Assembly (NCBI GenBank): GCA_036785375.1
Contig: JAWMAR010000005.1
Coordinates: 434,001 to 498,000 of the forward strand
From: Leucoraja ocellata
Taxonomy: Eukaryota
DNA: 64,000 bases
Reading direction: 5' to 3'
Every line of letters begins with the position of its first letter. Position 1 is the stretch's first letter. The notes beneath the pieces are model-generated. The model saw only the letters and a program-made list of their open reading frames with translations. It was not told the origin of the DNA and made no database searches. A program made the position numbers and the translations under genes. Shown here one piece after another: positions 26,201 through 37,255 of the stretch.

Positions 26201-29200
26201 GACAAGTCTCATATCATCAAGATGTAGCATCCGCTGTGCCATTGTGGCACCACTTTTTTTTTGTCTGTGGCCGTAAAGCTAAAATGCTATAACACCACAT
26301 TTGTTTATCTTCTATTTTTATCTTTGCACCACCTGTTGTACTTGTATCTGCTTTGATTGTAATATGATTGACTGGGTAGCATGCAAATAAAACTTTTCAC
26401 TGTACCTCATTACACATAAGAACAATAAACCAATACCAATGCAGTCCCGTTGTTGTTCTTCAGAGACATTCAACAAATATAAATAGTTCACTGACAGTGT
26501 GTTCTATATCATTTCACTAGGAACTCTACTGAAGACCTGAACCCAGTTTATTCGACAGTTACAGGTAAAAACGTTAATTTCAGTACTCAAATGTTGTCTA
26601 TGTTCAGTAATGATTCCAAATGTAAGAACATAAGAAACAATCAAGGGAGTAGCCCAGTGTTGCACCATTCTCAACTTAAACTATTCAACATCTTTGGCTT
26701 TTCAATTCCTTTAAACATACTCAACAAATTAACTTCACAGTTCTCTGTCAGAGAAATATAAAGATTTAAAGCAATCTTCAAAGAAAATTCTGCACAACTT
26801 AGTCATCTTGCACTAACACCATATCTGAGTGTGGAATCCGTTGCCATGGATGGCAGTGGAGGCCATGTCATTGGGTGTTTTTAAATCAGGGATTGATAGG
26901 TTGTTGGTTAGTGAGGGTGCCAAAGGCTACAGGGAGAGGATGGGGATGAAAGCGAAATATCGATCAGCCATGATTGAATGGTGGAACAAACTTGATGGGC
27001 CAAATGCCTAAATCTGCTCCTATACCTTAGATCAATAGGAACAGTTGGAATACATATCTCCTCTCTATTAGATCTTGTATCTAAACAATCTATTCAAGCA
27101 CTCAAAGTCTCCATCTAGGCAACTAAAATAGAGTTTTGGTTGATATTTTGGGTCATGATCATAGTGAGCAGATAGCCAACTGAAAGAGGTGAAGGGGAGG
27201 TGTGAGGCAGGACAGGCAGTAATAGATAGAAACAGATGAAGCGAGGAAAGAGGGGCAGATGAGCCAAGTGGGGGAGCAGATGGTTGGAATAGAGGCTGAA
27301 AGCTAATGTGGAAAGAAGAGATGCTGGAATCCTACAGAAGGTGACATGCGGAAACAATGGTTCAAAAGTGCTTTTATTGTCACATTTGCGAAGTGCTAAC
27401 AATGAAATTATTTTTCATACAAACAGTCCAGTAGAATATTGCTATACTCCGATCCCTAATTATAGCAATTGTACAGAAATAGTCTACTGGGCCCGCATGC
27501 AAGAGGCACCATCTAATAGTGCTATTTTAAAAGTCCTCGCTCTAGTTCTTATGAGAAGTGCCTGTTCCAGTCAAATCCCAGGCTGTTGCAGATCTCCAGC
27601 CATTTCCTTCCTTCAACACCACGCTACCTTATCAGATTCCAGCATCTGCAGTCTCTTGTGTCCCTAAAATAGAGAGCAGCCTGCCACCAAGTACTGCTGC
27701 CTCTGCCCTCCTCCACTAAATGGACACACCATCAGTCTTAAACAAATTATTGGATATATATCAATTCCTGCGGCCAATCAAAAGATGCCTGCTGTAAGTG
27801 ACAAATTAATGGCAGAATTTAGAAAAACCAACATTAACACAGACTCTCAAATTTCAATCCATTTGATAGTGGCTGAATTTAAACCTATGATAGTGAACTA
27901 AAGGGTATATGTCCATGAATTAATTAAATTATAATCCTTTACATTCAATTGAGAAGTTTCCGGATCCACCAACTAAAAGGCAACTTCTGCAATACTGCAC
28001 TGAAGCATAGGCCTACACAGTTTGGCTTAACTCCCTAAAGAGGGCCTGATCCACAGCCTGCGGACTCCAGAAGTAAACCGGACGTCTAGCCTTTAAGACA
28101 TATGTGAGTCTTGTCATGCCTCTGTCAAGAGTGAGAAACTCTTCATACATATGACAGCACGATGGCGCTGTTGTGTTGTTGTCTTACAGCACCAGCGATC
28201 TGGGTTCAATCCTGACTACGGGTGCTGTCTGTACGGAGATTGTGCATTCTCCCTGTGACCGTGTGGGTTTTTCCCAAATGTTCTGGTTTCCTCCCACACT
28301 TCAAAGATGTACAGGTTTGTCCCTAGAATGTGGAACAGCATCCCTCTTCTCATCAGAACTGCCCCTCCATCTTCTCATCAGAACTGCCCCTCCTTTCTTG
28401 ACGTCCTCTGAGTGAGGGCTATATGTATTTATGTATGTACGTACCAATATTGTATAACGTTAGTACCTCCACCAATGTAAAGCACTTTGGCCAACGAGAG
28501 TTGTTTTTTAATTGTGCTATAGAAATAAAGTGACTTGACTTGACTTGACTAGTGTACGGGGATTGCTGGCCGGCGTATACTTACATAGAAACATAGAAAA
28601 TAGGTGCAGGTGTAGGCCATTCGGCTCTTCGAGCCTACACCACCATTCAATATGATCATGACTGATCATCCAACTCAGTATCCTGTACCTGCCTTCTCTC
28701 TTGGTGGCTGAAGGGCCTGTTTACACGCTGTATGTCTAAACTAAACATATGTGTTCTGCAGAATGTTGCAGCTATCTGAATGCAGTGGATAAGGGATGAC
28801 AATAAGTTTGTATACCGCACTATGATTTCATTTTGATTCTCACCCGTATGTGACAACTCAACAGATTCTTATTTTATTTCAGTTGAAACCAAGACCAATA
28901 CAGAACCGGCCCCCAATGTCACTATGGTAAGTACCAGACATAAATACAAACTACTGGAGCAACTCGGTGGGTCAGGCAGCATCTGCGGAAAGAAATGGAC
29001 AGGCGACATTTTGGCCCATGCTTTAATTGAATGCCATCACTTCCTTTTTAGACCTATACAAGCCATCTCAGGTTTACAAATGTCCACCTTACACTCTTAC
29101 ATATGAACAAGCTTCCATAAATATCATTATATTCAAAGTCTTACGTACATACAACACGTTCATTCCTGTGACTAGTGATGTGTCACAGGGTTCTGTGCTG

Positions 29201-30483
29201 GGCCCGTTACTGCTTGTCATGTACAGCAATGATTTGGATGAGAACATACAGGGCAAGATTAGCAAGTTTGCTGATGATACAAAAGTTAGTGGTTTTGCAG
29301 ATAGTGAAGATGGTTGTGAAAGATTGCAGCAGGATCTGGATCGATTGGCCATGTGGGCGGAAGAATGGTTGATGGAATTTAATACAGAGAAGTGTGAGGT
29401 GTTGCATTTTGGGACGTCGAACTAGGGTAGGACCTACACAGAAAATGGTAGGCCTCTGGGTAGTGTTGTAGAGCAAAGGGATCTAGGAGTACAAGTGAAT
29501 GGTGCCATAAATGTTGAGTTGCAGGTAGATAAGGTGATCAAAACAACTATTGTCACTTTGGCCTTCATCAGAGAGATTATTGAGCATAGAACTTGGGAGG
29601 TCATGTTGCAGTCAAGACGTTGGTGAGACCGCATTTGGAATATTGTGTTCAGTTCTGGGCACCATGTTATAGGAAAGATGTTGTCAAGGTTGAAAGTGTT
29701 CAGAAAAGATTAACAAGGATGTTGCCAGGACTAGAGGGTGCGAGCTATAGGGAGAGGTTGAGTAGCCTGGGTCCCTATTCCATGGAGCATAGGAGGATGA
29801 GCGGAGATCTTGTAGAGGTATATAAAATCATGAGTGGAATAGATCGGGTAGATCCACCATCTTTTACCCAAAGTAGGGGAATTGCGGACCAGAGGACATA
29901 GGTTCAGGTTGAAGGGGAAACGATTTAATAGGAATCCAAGGGGTAACTTTTTCATACAGAGGGTGGTGAGTGTATGGAACAAGCTGCCAGAGGAGGTAGT
30001 TGAGGCTGGGACTATCCCATTGTTTAAGAAACAGTTGGACAGGTACATGGATAGGACAGGTTTGGATGGTTATGGACCAAGGGCAGGCAAGTGGGACTCG
30101 GGTAGATGGGACATTGTTGGCTGGTGTGGGTGAGTTGGGCAAAAGGGCCTGTTTCCACACTGTATTACTCTATGCTTATAACTAGTTTGCTCTTTTTTCC
30201 CCTTTTGGTAAATGTTCTTTCTTGTTCATCTTATATGTTTTTGATGCCATTCATTATAAACTGTGATGGAATGGCGTGATTTTGCATATTTTCTGACTGA
30301 TGGACAAAATCGGCTTATAGATTCAGCATTCTCTTGTGTCATTTACATTTTGCTTTTCTATTGCAGTCGGCGGAACCGGAGATACTCTATGCTGATATTC
30401 AGTTTGTACGACAGAATGCCAAAGCTCCAACCTTAGAAGTCAGCGAGGAGACAACTGAATATGCTGCCATCAAACGTACATAA
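5137..30483 (+). CDS. Multi-exon gene for a non-rearranging tandem VJ-type Ig-domain inhibitory receptor (L-V1-V2-V3-V4-[V5]-V6-TM-cytoplasmic tail with ITIM+ITSM)
   Basis: Manual splice assembly: exons 5137-5200, 5384-5734, 7459-7803, 9596-9943, 14542-14886, [17888-18236], 22604-22948, 24573-24720, 26521-26564, 28883-28926, 30367-30483. All introns are GT-AG, with phases 1,1,1,1,1,1,1,2,1,0. Excluding V5 the CDS is 2151 nt (716 aa + stop). Confidence 0.9.
5384..5734 (+). CDS. V1 exon: V-set Ig domain with germline-joined J motif ([17 protein letters not shown])
   Basis: Acceptor acccacag|, donor A|GTGAGT. Shows B-strand Cys (EIRC), VHWY, DSADYIC and canonical FGxGTKL. Confidence 0.93.
6150..6960 (+). 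mobile_element. Non-autonomous retroelement, GC-rich head homologous to 11133-12035, with a Rex/Babar-like tail
   Basis: Shares CCTACCTGGTC.GAGAGG...GTCCTCGCGGCCTACCA...GGCACAGCGCTGG with ~11310-11445. It ends TTTCACTACACCTCGGTGTATGTGACTAATAAA. Confidence 0.65.
7459..7803 (+). CDS. V2 exon (type B): VJ-type Ig domain ([17 protein letters not shown])
   Basis: Acceptor ccctttcaag|, donor A|GTGAGT, 345 nt, phase 1-1. Motifs [26 protein letters not shown], GxGT. Confidence 0.92.
9596..9943 (+). CDS. V3 exon (type C): VJ-type Ig domain ([17 protein letters not shown])
   Basis: Acceptor ttcacacag|, donor G|GTAAGT, 348 nt, phase 1-1. Motifs [26 protein letters not shown]. Confidence 0.92.
10690..13265 (+). 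mobile_element. 5'-truncated CR1 LINE in the V3-V4 intron, interrupted by an insertion at 11133-12035
   Basis: RT motifs [32 protein letters not shown], and a CR1 3' UTR. Confidence 0.9.
11133..12035 (+). mobile_element. Non-autonomous retroelement with GC-rich head and L2-like tail (duplicate at ~19413-20312)
   Basis: Interrupts the CR1 ORF and is flanked by a CTTATA duplication (11127-11132, 12036-12041). It ends GTAAAGCAC...GCTATATAAATAAA(ACTT)n. Confidence 0.75.
14542..14886 (+). CDS. V4 exon (type B, duplicate or hybrid of V2 and V6)
   Basis: Acceptor cccattaaag|, donor A|GTGAGT, 345 nt, 11 substitutions versus V2 by manual alignment, open frame. Confidence 0.88.
16232..17415 (+). mobile_element. 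Internally deleted Penelope-like element inserted only in duplicate unit 2
   Basis: 13-bp TSD CCAAGTATAACAT (16219-16231, 17416-17428); the empty site is at ~9128-9140 in unit 1. PLE ORF motifs [17 protein letters not shown] and PRTARFYLL are fused to the terminal repeat. Confidence 0.88.
17888..18236 (+). pseudogene. V5 exon (type C, copy of V3) with a +1 frameshift as assembled; pseudo-exon or consensus error
   Basis: 349 nt versus 348 for V3. GTCCTTTATC replaces GTCCTTATC near 17909-17911, so the spliced frame reaches TGA at 17992-17994. Splice sites are intact. The DxAxYxC motif is changed to NTAAYNC. Confidence 0.8.
18975..21548 (+). mobile_element. Duplicated copy of the same CR1 LINE and its insert, in the V5-V6 intron
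   Basis: Collinear with 10690-13265. Confidence 0.9.
22604..22948 (+). CDS. V6 exon (type B, membrane-proximal; [17 protein letters not shown])
   Basis: Acceptor cccattaaag|, donor A|GTAAGT, 345 nt, phase 1-1, open frame. Confidence 0.9.
23255..23930 (-). mobile_element. Penelope-like element ORF fragment
   Basis: ORF 23327-23746 is homologous to ~16700-17170. Confidence 0.8.
24573..24720 (+). CDS. Transmembrane exon [49 protein letters not shown](G)
   Basis: Acceptor atttttcag|, donor GG|GTGAGT (phase 2). A 26-residue uncharged hydrophobic run is followed by a KK stop-transfer. Absent from the ORF track. Confidence 0.9.
26521..26564 (+). CDS. Cytoplasmic exon 1 (G)[14 protein letters not shown] with a YxxV motif
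   Basis: Acceptor atttcactag|, donor CAG|GTAAAA, 44 nt, phase 2 to 1, which fits both neighbouring exons. Confidence 0.8.
28883..28926 (+). CDS. Cytoplasmic exon 2 (V)[14 protein letters not shown]
   Basis: Acceptor attttatttcag|, donor ATG|GTAAGT, 44 nt, phase 1 to 0. Confidence 0.8.
29160..30175 (+). mobile_element. Decayed CR1 3' fragment in the last intron
   Basis: [29 protein letters not shown]. Confidence 0.88.
30367..30483 (+). CDS. Terminal coding exon [38 protein letters not shown] (ITIM + ITSM)
   Basis: Long polypyrimidine tract then ttgcag|, phase 0. ILYADI matches (I/V/L/S)xYxx(I/L/V) and TEYAAI matches TxYxx(I/V). Stop is TAA followed by TGA. Confidence 0.9.
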   Translation, partial: SAEPEILYADIQFVRQNAKAPTLEVSEETTEYAAIKRT

Positions 30484-30714
30484 TGACTGATTAAAGGTCA
30501 CCCCTCAGGGTTCTTCTGGCTGGTATCTGCAAAGCACAGAACTCCCAAATGTCACAGTTCTTCGTTCTGGTTCTTAGGCATATGCCTCAATATTTTCTTA
30601 CCCTTAATCTCACATAAAGTAGATAGCCTACAGATTGGTCTTCACATGCCACATTTATTCTTTTAATATAGTTTCCCAGTCTACCCAACAACTCACAACT
30701 CATACAGTCACCCC

Positions 30715-31250
30715 CCCTCGACTCTGTTCAAGGACCCAAGCAGTCATTCCAGTTGCGACAGAGGTTCACCTGGATCTCCTCCAACCTCATCTATTGCATC
30801 CACTGCGCTAGATGTCAGCTGATCTAAATCGGTGACACCAAGCATGGACTTGGCGATCGTTTCGCTGAACACCTCCGCTCGGTCCGCATTAACCAACCTG
30901 ATCTCCCTGTGGCTCAGGACTTCAACTCCCCCTCCCATTCCGAATCCGGCCTTTCTGTCCTGGGCCTCCACCATGGCCAGAGTGAGCACCACCGGAAATT
31001 GGAGGAGTAGCACCTCATATTCCACTTGGGCAGGTAACATCCTAGCAGCATAAACATTGACTTCTCCAATTTCTGGTAGCCCTTGCTGTCTCCTCCCCTT
31101 CTCAGTTCTCCCTCAGCTCCCCCCCCCCCACTCATCAGTCTGAAGAAGGGTGTTGGCCCGAAATGTTGCCTATTTCCTTCGTTCCATAGATGCTGCTGCA
31201 CCCGCTGAGTTTCTCCAGCACATTTGTCTACCTACGATTTTTCAGCATCT
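30715..31250 (+). mobile_element. Penelope-like element 3' end: GIY-YIG endonuclease remnant plus terminal repeat with a hammerhead core
   Basis: Translates to NLIYCIHCARCQLI*IGDTK...RFAEHLRS (GIY-YIG). CTGAAGA-AGGG..CCC-GAAA at 31140-31163. Confidence 0.82.
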
Positions 31251-31450
31251 TTGTTGATTCTTCAGCATGCCGATATAGAATATCATCTTATACACATGCT
31301 GCAAATTCATCTACACAATTAGAGCTAATTTTATTTCCCAGACCCGATGTGAATTAAAGTCCCAAGATATTACTATGATGCGTTGCTACATTACCTTCTC
31401 AACATGATTTCCCACTGATATCTGTGGTTAGATAAACTGACTACAAATTA

Positions 31451-34400
31451 ATAGTAAGATTAAACGAGAACTTACCAGTTTGAAGTTTGATCTGCATTTT
31501 ATGAGGAGTTACAATGAGGGATTACGTGAAGAACCCGCTCAGCGCGCATGCACGGCATACTCCCAAGCAGTGGTGTGGAATCACAGATAGACACAGTTAT
31601 TGAAGTAAACATAGTAAAGAAAAGGAGACATCAGTTATCAGTTTGACCTATATTATGAGGGTGGGAGTGGAGGGCACGTAATCCCTCATCGTAACTCCTC
31701 ATAAAATACAGATCAAACTTCAAATTGGTAAGTTCTCGTTTAATCTTACTATTTTACTTCGGAGTCACATGAGTGACTATGTGAAGACTTCAAAGCTCTG
31801 TGATTTCAAACCATGTAACAGTTTTATTTCACTCACTGCCAAAGTTCTTGAGGGAGGAAGTGTGTTATCGTACCCAACCAATGAATCTGTTTTTCGAGAA
31901 ACAAAAATGGTATTTAGTAACAATAACAAATTAATTGCTTCCCCGGGCTTAAATTAAATATTTGCAGTTTGTAAATTTTTCTGCAAACAAGTCAGGTTTC
32001 GTCAACGGCTTATTGTAAAATTTTTCTGAATGTCGTTTCCCTCGACCATTCTGCTGTCGTCAGAATATGGTCAACTGGTACGTCCATTCATTTGGCCGTT
32101 AATGTAGACGCTGCCCTGGTGGAATGAGATTTGAAAAAAGTTAGTGTCTATTCCGGCAGCCTTTAGTACCTGCTTGAGCCATCTTGCAATGGTTTGGCTC
32201 GTTACCCGGCCATGAGGTTTTTTGTGGCTGACCCATAAGGCTTTTTCACTCCCTCTGATGTTATAGGTTGTGTTTTTATAATATAGTAGATAGGTCATGA
32301 CACACAACCGCGGCTCTGGCGGGTAAGCCCGGAACACCACAACTGGATTGGCTATACGTGGCCTGCTCTGTTCTACCAGACCCTGGATGATGAACGAGAT
32401 TTGGTCTGGGGTGGTCACCATGTTGTCCAGTCGCAATCGATGTAGTGACTGGACCCTCTGAGTGGATACAAGTGCCATCCACATGAGCGTTTTCAGGGTA
32501 GTTTGTTCGAGGCTGAGGGATCTGGCTGGTGGCCATCCCCTGAGGTACGTCAGGACCACACTGACATCCCATAAATTGGTATACCTTGGTCTAGGGGTTT
32601 GATGTTTTAGATGCCCTTCATTAATTTGACTACCAGTGAATGGGATCCCATCGGCTGTTGTCCTGGTGCTGGTTTCAAATAAGCAGACAGGGCACTCCTT
32701 GCTGTGTTGACGGCACTGTAGCTGATTCCTCTTTGTGGTATAGGTAGGCCAGGAACTCCAGTGCGTTGGTGACTGTTGCTGTTGTGTACGTGGTCCCTGT
32801 TTCCTGGCAGTACTTCTCCCATTTCTTGATGCTGGTTAAGTACTGCTTCTTAGTGGATGTTCAAAAGGGATGCTGACATGGTTTGTTCTGACTTCAACAA
32901 ACATGTCATGCAGTATTGGGAACCATGGCTGTGTAGGCCAGTCCGGTACTATCAAACCCTGATGCAGAGTCCATCTGTAGTTTTCGTAGTACCTGACTGA
33001 TGAGGCAGAAGGGCGGGGAAACATAGAAGAAGGAATTTCCCCAATCCAGCGTGAAGGCATCTACCACCGCTGCTGCCTCTGGGTCTGGTTCCCAAGTGAC
33101 ATGCATAGGTATCTGGTGATTTAGCCTTGATGCAAATAAATTGATATCTGGCGTGCCATATAGCTTGATAATTTTTGCTAATACTTTGGGTTTTATATCC
33201 ATTCGATGTTGTCATTGAATTTGCATGACCTGGTGTCTGCCACTGTATTTAGCTTACCTGATAGGTAAGTTGCTGACAGCCAAATATGTCTTTTTGACAC
33301 ACCATTGCCATATTGTGTTGACCAATTTGTCGCATGATACCGATTTTATGCCTCCCATATGGTTAATGTAGGCCACCACCGTAGTATTATCCATTTGTAA
33401 CCATACATGCAGTGATGCATATTTGATGTATATGCTTTTAATCCATAAAAGGCACCCAACATCGCTAAATAATTAATGCCCCGTATAAGTAGTAATGATG
33501 ACTTTAGGTTAGTCCATCTACCACCTGTTAGATAATGATAGGGCTGAAACTATGCCAACTGTTTTGATATAGTTTCAGTGGGTAATTTCATGACCCGATC
33601 ATAATGACCTGCATGCTATTATAATGCCTGTAACTTTGCGCTTTGGAGATTTTATAATGCAATTGTCCGAATTGTGTAGCCAGGAATGCTGCTACTATTT
33701 TCCCAATTACTCTTGCTACTTGTCCAATAGTTGGTTGCTCGTTGACCATTAAATTTTGGCATAATTGTGCCAATTCAACCGTTTAGACTTTTGGCAAGTT
33801 ACAGTCATATGGACTGAATTAATTGTGAAGTCTAAGTAGTCCATGATAGTGGATGGCTTCAACTTTGATTTATCTGGATGTAAAACAAACCCCAGGGTTT
33901 CGAAAACTGTTTTGTAGCTGAAAAACAGCTGACATAGCCAATTCCATGGTCTTCTTATTAGTTTTGCCAGGGCTGGTTTTAGTATCTTAATGAATAACCT
34001 TGAGCTGATGTTACCCCATGGGGTAATGCTTTAACTGTCATAGTTGCCCCATCCAGGTAAATTTTAGGTATCTGCGTAGATCCCTTTGAATGGGTACTGA
34101 ATAGTAGGCATATTTGAGGCCAATGCTTGCCATAAAGTATCCTTTGAAATTAGATTCCTTATTTTACATATTTTTGTAGGCACCAGACCCACCTACCTCC
34201 ATGGATATGGGCATTTCTTCTGTCTCTTCCCAGACCAGCGAGTCTGGCGTGTTGTCTGACGTGGCGGTGATGTTAGGAGGTGGCGCATTTTCCATGAGGT
34301 CCTGCTCTGGGCCGTGGTCTAAAAGACTCCCGGGCATAAAAAAATGCGGTCCCCGAGCTTTCACCAGTCCCATATGGTAGACGTCGACTGGTGGACGCGA

Positions 34401-35951
34401 TGGGGTGCTGCCGCTTGGATATTGTATTTTCGGGGTTTGCTCGTCCTGGGGCCTGCCCTCATGAGGCCGGAAGTTTTTATTCCCATGAGGTTTTTTGCCA
34501 AAGAGCAGTGAGTCTGACTCAGTGGCTGGGGTTTAGCACAACCCAAATTCGGGATTTAGGGCGGGTCTTATGATTTATATACGGAGGTAATTTATCTCGC
34601 TCTGTGTGTTGCACAACAGTGCAAGAGTGATTTGTTAGTTAGTGGTCATCTCCGTATTGTCCACAGAAAACGAGCAAATGGTGTGATGGCTGACGTCAGG
34701 AGCCTGAGGATCCGCTGCAGTATCAGCTCCTGGTCCGAGTATTTGTCCCGACGTGCCCCTAGAATTGGCTGTTGACTGCCGGCACTTTGAAGGACTATAA
34801 TTTATTGGAGCTGTACATTAAAGCCTCATTAACCACTTGCTCCTGTAGGTGCCTGTCGGAGAGGTGGTCAAGAGCTGGCCGTTAATTTTTAGGCTTTAAT
34901 GGCCTTCCTGCATGTGGGGTAGCCACGTAGCGGTCCACACACACCCAGCAGCTCTTCCTGTTCCTGCACCTCTGGCATACTCCCGAATTCTTCAGCCAGC
35001 GACCAGCTCTTCATGACCAGCCCAGCCCTGGTCACCCCAAAGCTAACCACACTAAGGAGGAAGCGATGGGTAGTGCCTAGGCACTGTTGAGGGTATGCCT
35101 GAACCCTCCAGTGAGACTGCCCCTCACGTAGCGCGTCTCGCAGGAGCTCCTGCTCCAGGAGCCGCTCCAGCAGCTCAGGCGGCTGTCTCTCTCCCATGCG
35201 GGTGGAGAGACGTCCCCTCCCACAAGTCGGAAGCCACCAGCCGGATGCTTCTTCGGATGGCTAAACATCCAGCCCGCAGCTCAGGCACTAGCGGGACTGC
35301 GCTCGGCGCGGTGATGGGGATAGCGGAGCGCCCGGTAATTGTTCCTACCGCCTTTTGCTGCCCCCCCTGCAATGGAACGCTCCTCCGCTGGAGTCGAGCG
35401 GGGGACAGGTTCTTCTAGAGCTTTTGTGCCTTGTAGAAGCGAGAGCGCCCCTCAAGCAGCGCGTCTCGCAGGCACCTGCTCCGAGAGCCGCTCCAGCGCC
35501 TCAGGCAGCTCTCTCTCCCCCCGTGCGGGTGGAGAGACGTCCCGTCCGAAATCGGGAAAACACCTGCCGGATACCTCTTCGGGTGGCTATGCATCCAGCC
35601 CGCTGCTCAGGTACTAGCGGGCTGGGCTCGGCACGGTGTCGGGGAATAGCGGAACACCGGGTAAACGCTCCTACCACCTGTTGCTGCCCCCCTCCCTGAC
35701 GGAAAACGTTCCTCCTCGAACGGGGGACAGTTTTGTTCCAGAGCCTTTTTCTCTGCCTGTAAAACACAAGCAGAAAAAGGCTCCCCTGTAATAGAAAACC
35801 CGACCTCAGGGTACTCACCTGACGGTCCGTTTCATTCTGTAGAGGGAGCGCCTAACTCCCGTTGCAGCCACTGTTGCACTGCTGGCGTTAATGCCGCGCA
35901 TGTGCGCTGAGCGGGTTCTTCACGTAGTCACTCATGTGACTCCGAAGTAAA
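31451..35951 (-). mobile_element. DIRS1-like tyrosine-recombinase retrotransposon, structurally complete with decayed ORFs
   Basis: Minus-strand fragments of YR (32071-32559, SQTIARWLKQVL), MT-like domain (DINLFASRLN...PPF...VPDWPTQPWF) and RT/RNase H. Inverted terminal repeats 31523-31558 / 35891-35926. Internal complementary region 31675-31787 matches both termini. Confidence 0.9.
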
Positions 35952-37255
35952 TTTGTAATTTTCCTCTTAGTATGCTTAATTTCACCCATTACCTGCTCGT
36001 TAGCTTATCCTCTATTTATGGTCATAAATTACCTACAATACCGTGACCTTTAGGACAAAAGGGATAGGAAAATAATTAGGCCATTCGGTCCATCAATTCT
36101 ACTCTGCCATTCAATCATGGCTGATCTCTCTCCCTCCTAACCCCATAACCTCTGACACCTGTACTAATCAAGAATCGATCTTTACTTTTCCATAAAAATC
36201 TCCACTGACTTGCCCATCACAGCCTTCTGTGGCAAAGAATTCCACAGATTCACCACCCTCTGTCTAAAGAAATTTCTCCTCATCTCCTTCCTAAAAGAAT
36301 GTCCTTTAATACTGAGGCTATGAGCTCTTGTCCTAGACTCTCCCACTAGTGGAAACATCCTCTCCACATCCACTCTATCCAAGCCTTTCATTATACTGTA
36401 TTTCATTCAGGTCCCCTCATTCTTCTAAACTCGGTGTAGTAAATTTACAGAAGCCACGCTCATCGAATGGCTTCTGAAAATCAAAATATATGTTCATCTT
36501 TCCACATGGTGCTTCATACATCTTAAAGAATGTAAATATTTATTGTCAAGTACAGTTTCTATTCCATAAATCCATGTTTAAAAGTGTGCTTTAAAGTTTT
36601 ATAATATTCTAAATTGTGCCGTTGCAATGTAAGAAAATGTATATTATTTTCCAAACTTTATGAAATATTACTGATTGAATGAAGGTGGTCCCCATGTTAT
36701 GGGAGTTGTGTTTCCTGGATAACAGTCCATATCACGAATTTCCATACAGTCATCCACGCATGCATTAAGAAACCCGAGTTGAAAATAAAGGTGAATTTTG
36801 TGTTGATTAGTTACTACGACAATAAATCAGGACAAATTTTAATCACTATTTCAAACTTTTGGTTGTAATTTGTGACGGTGAATTTCCATTAACAGGACAT
36901 TAACAGTAACGCAAGAGTCACCTGCACCAGGTTAAATTTGATAGCTTATACAGGGAGGTTTGAAAACATGGAACATATGCCCAGGTGGCCAGATGTTATA
37001 AGTGGTGTTCTCTCTTTAATTATTCAATATTCCATCTACATATAGAAATGTTTAGACGTGATGGCATTATTGTTTGTGGGTCTTGGACTATCTTCAAATT
37101 GGTACAGATTCCCTTGAATACCATTTCAAGCAGGGTGCAAGGCCACCAAATTCGTGTAGTTTCATGCCATTTCAAGCAGGGTTCAAGGCCACCAAATTCT
37201 GGTGCAGTTTCATATCATTTCAAGCAGGGTGCAAGGCGGGCTCTGTACCCAAGAG

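Noticed and set aside
32836-33215. Stand-alone DNA methyltransferase gene
   Set aside because: It is the MT-like domain typical of DIRS1 pol, frameshifted and inside the element.
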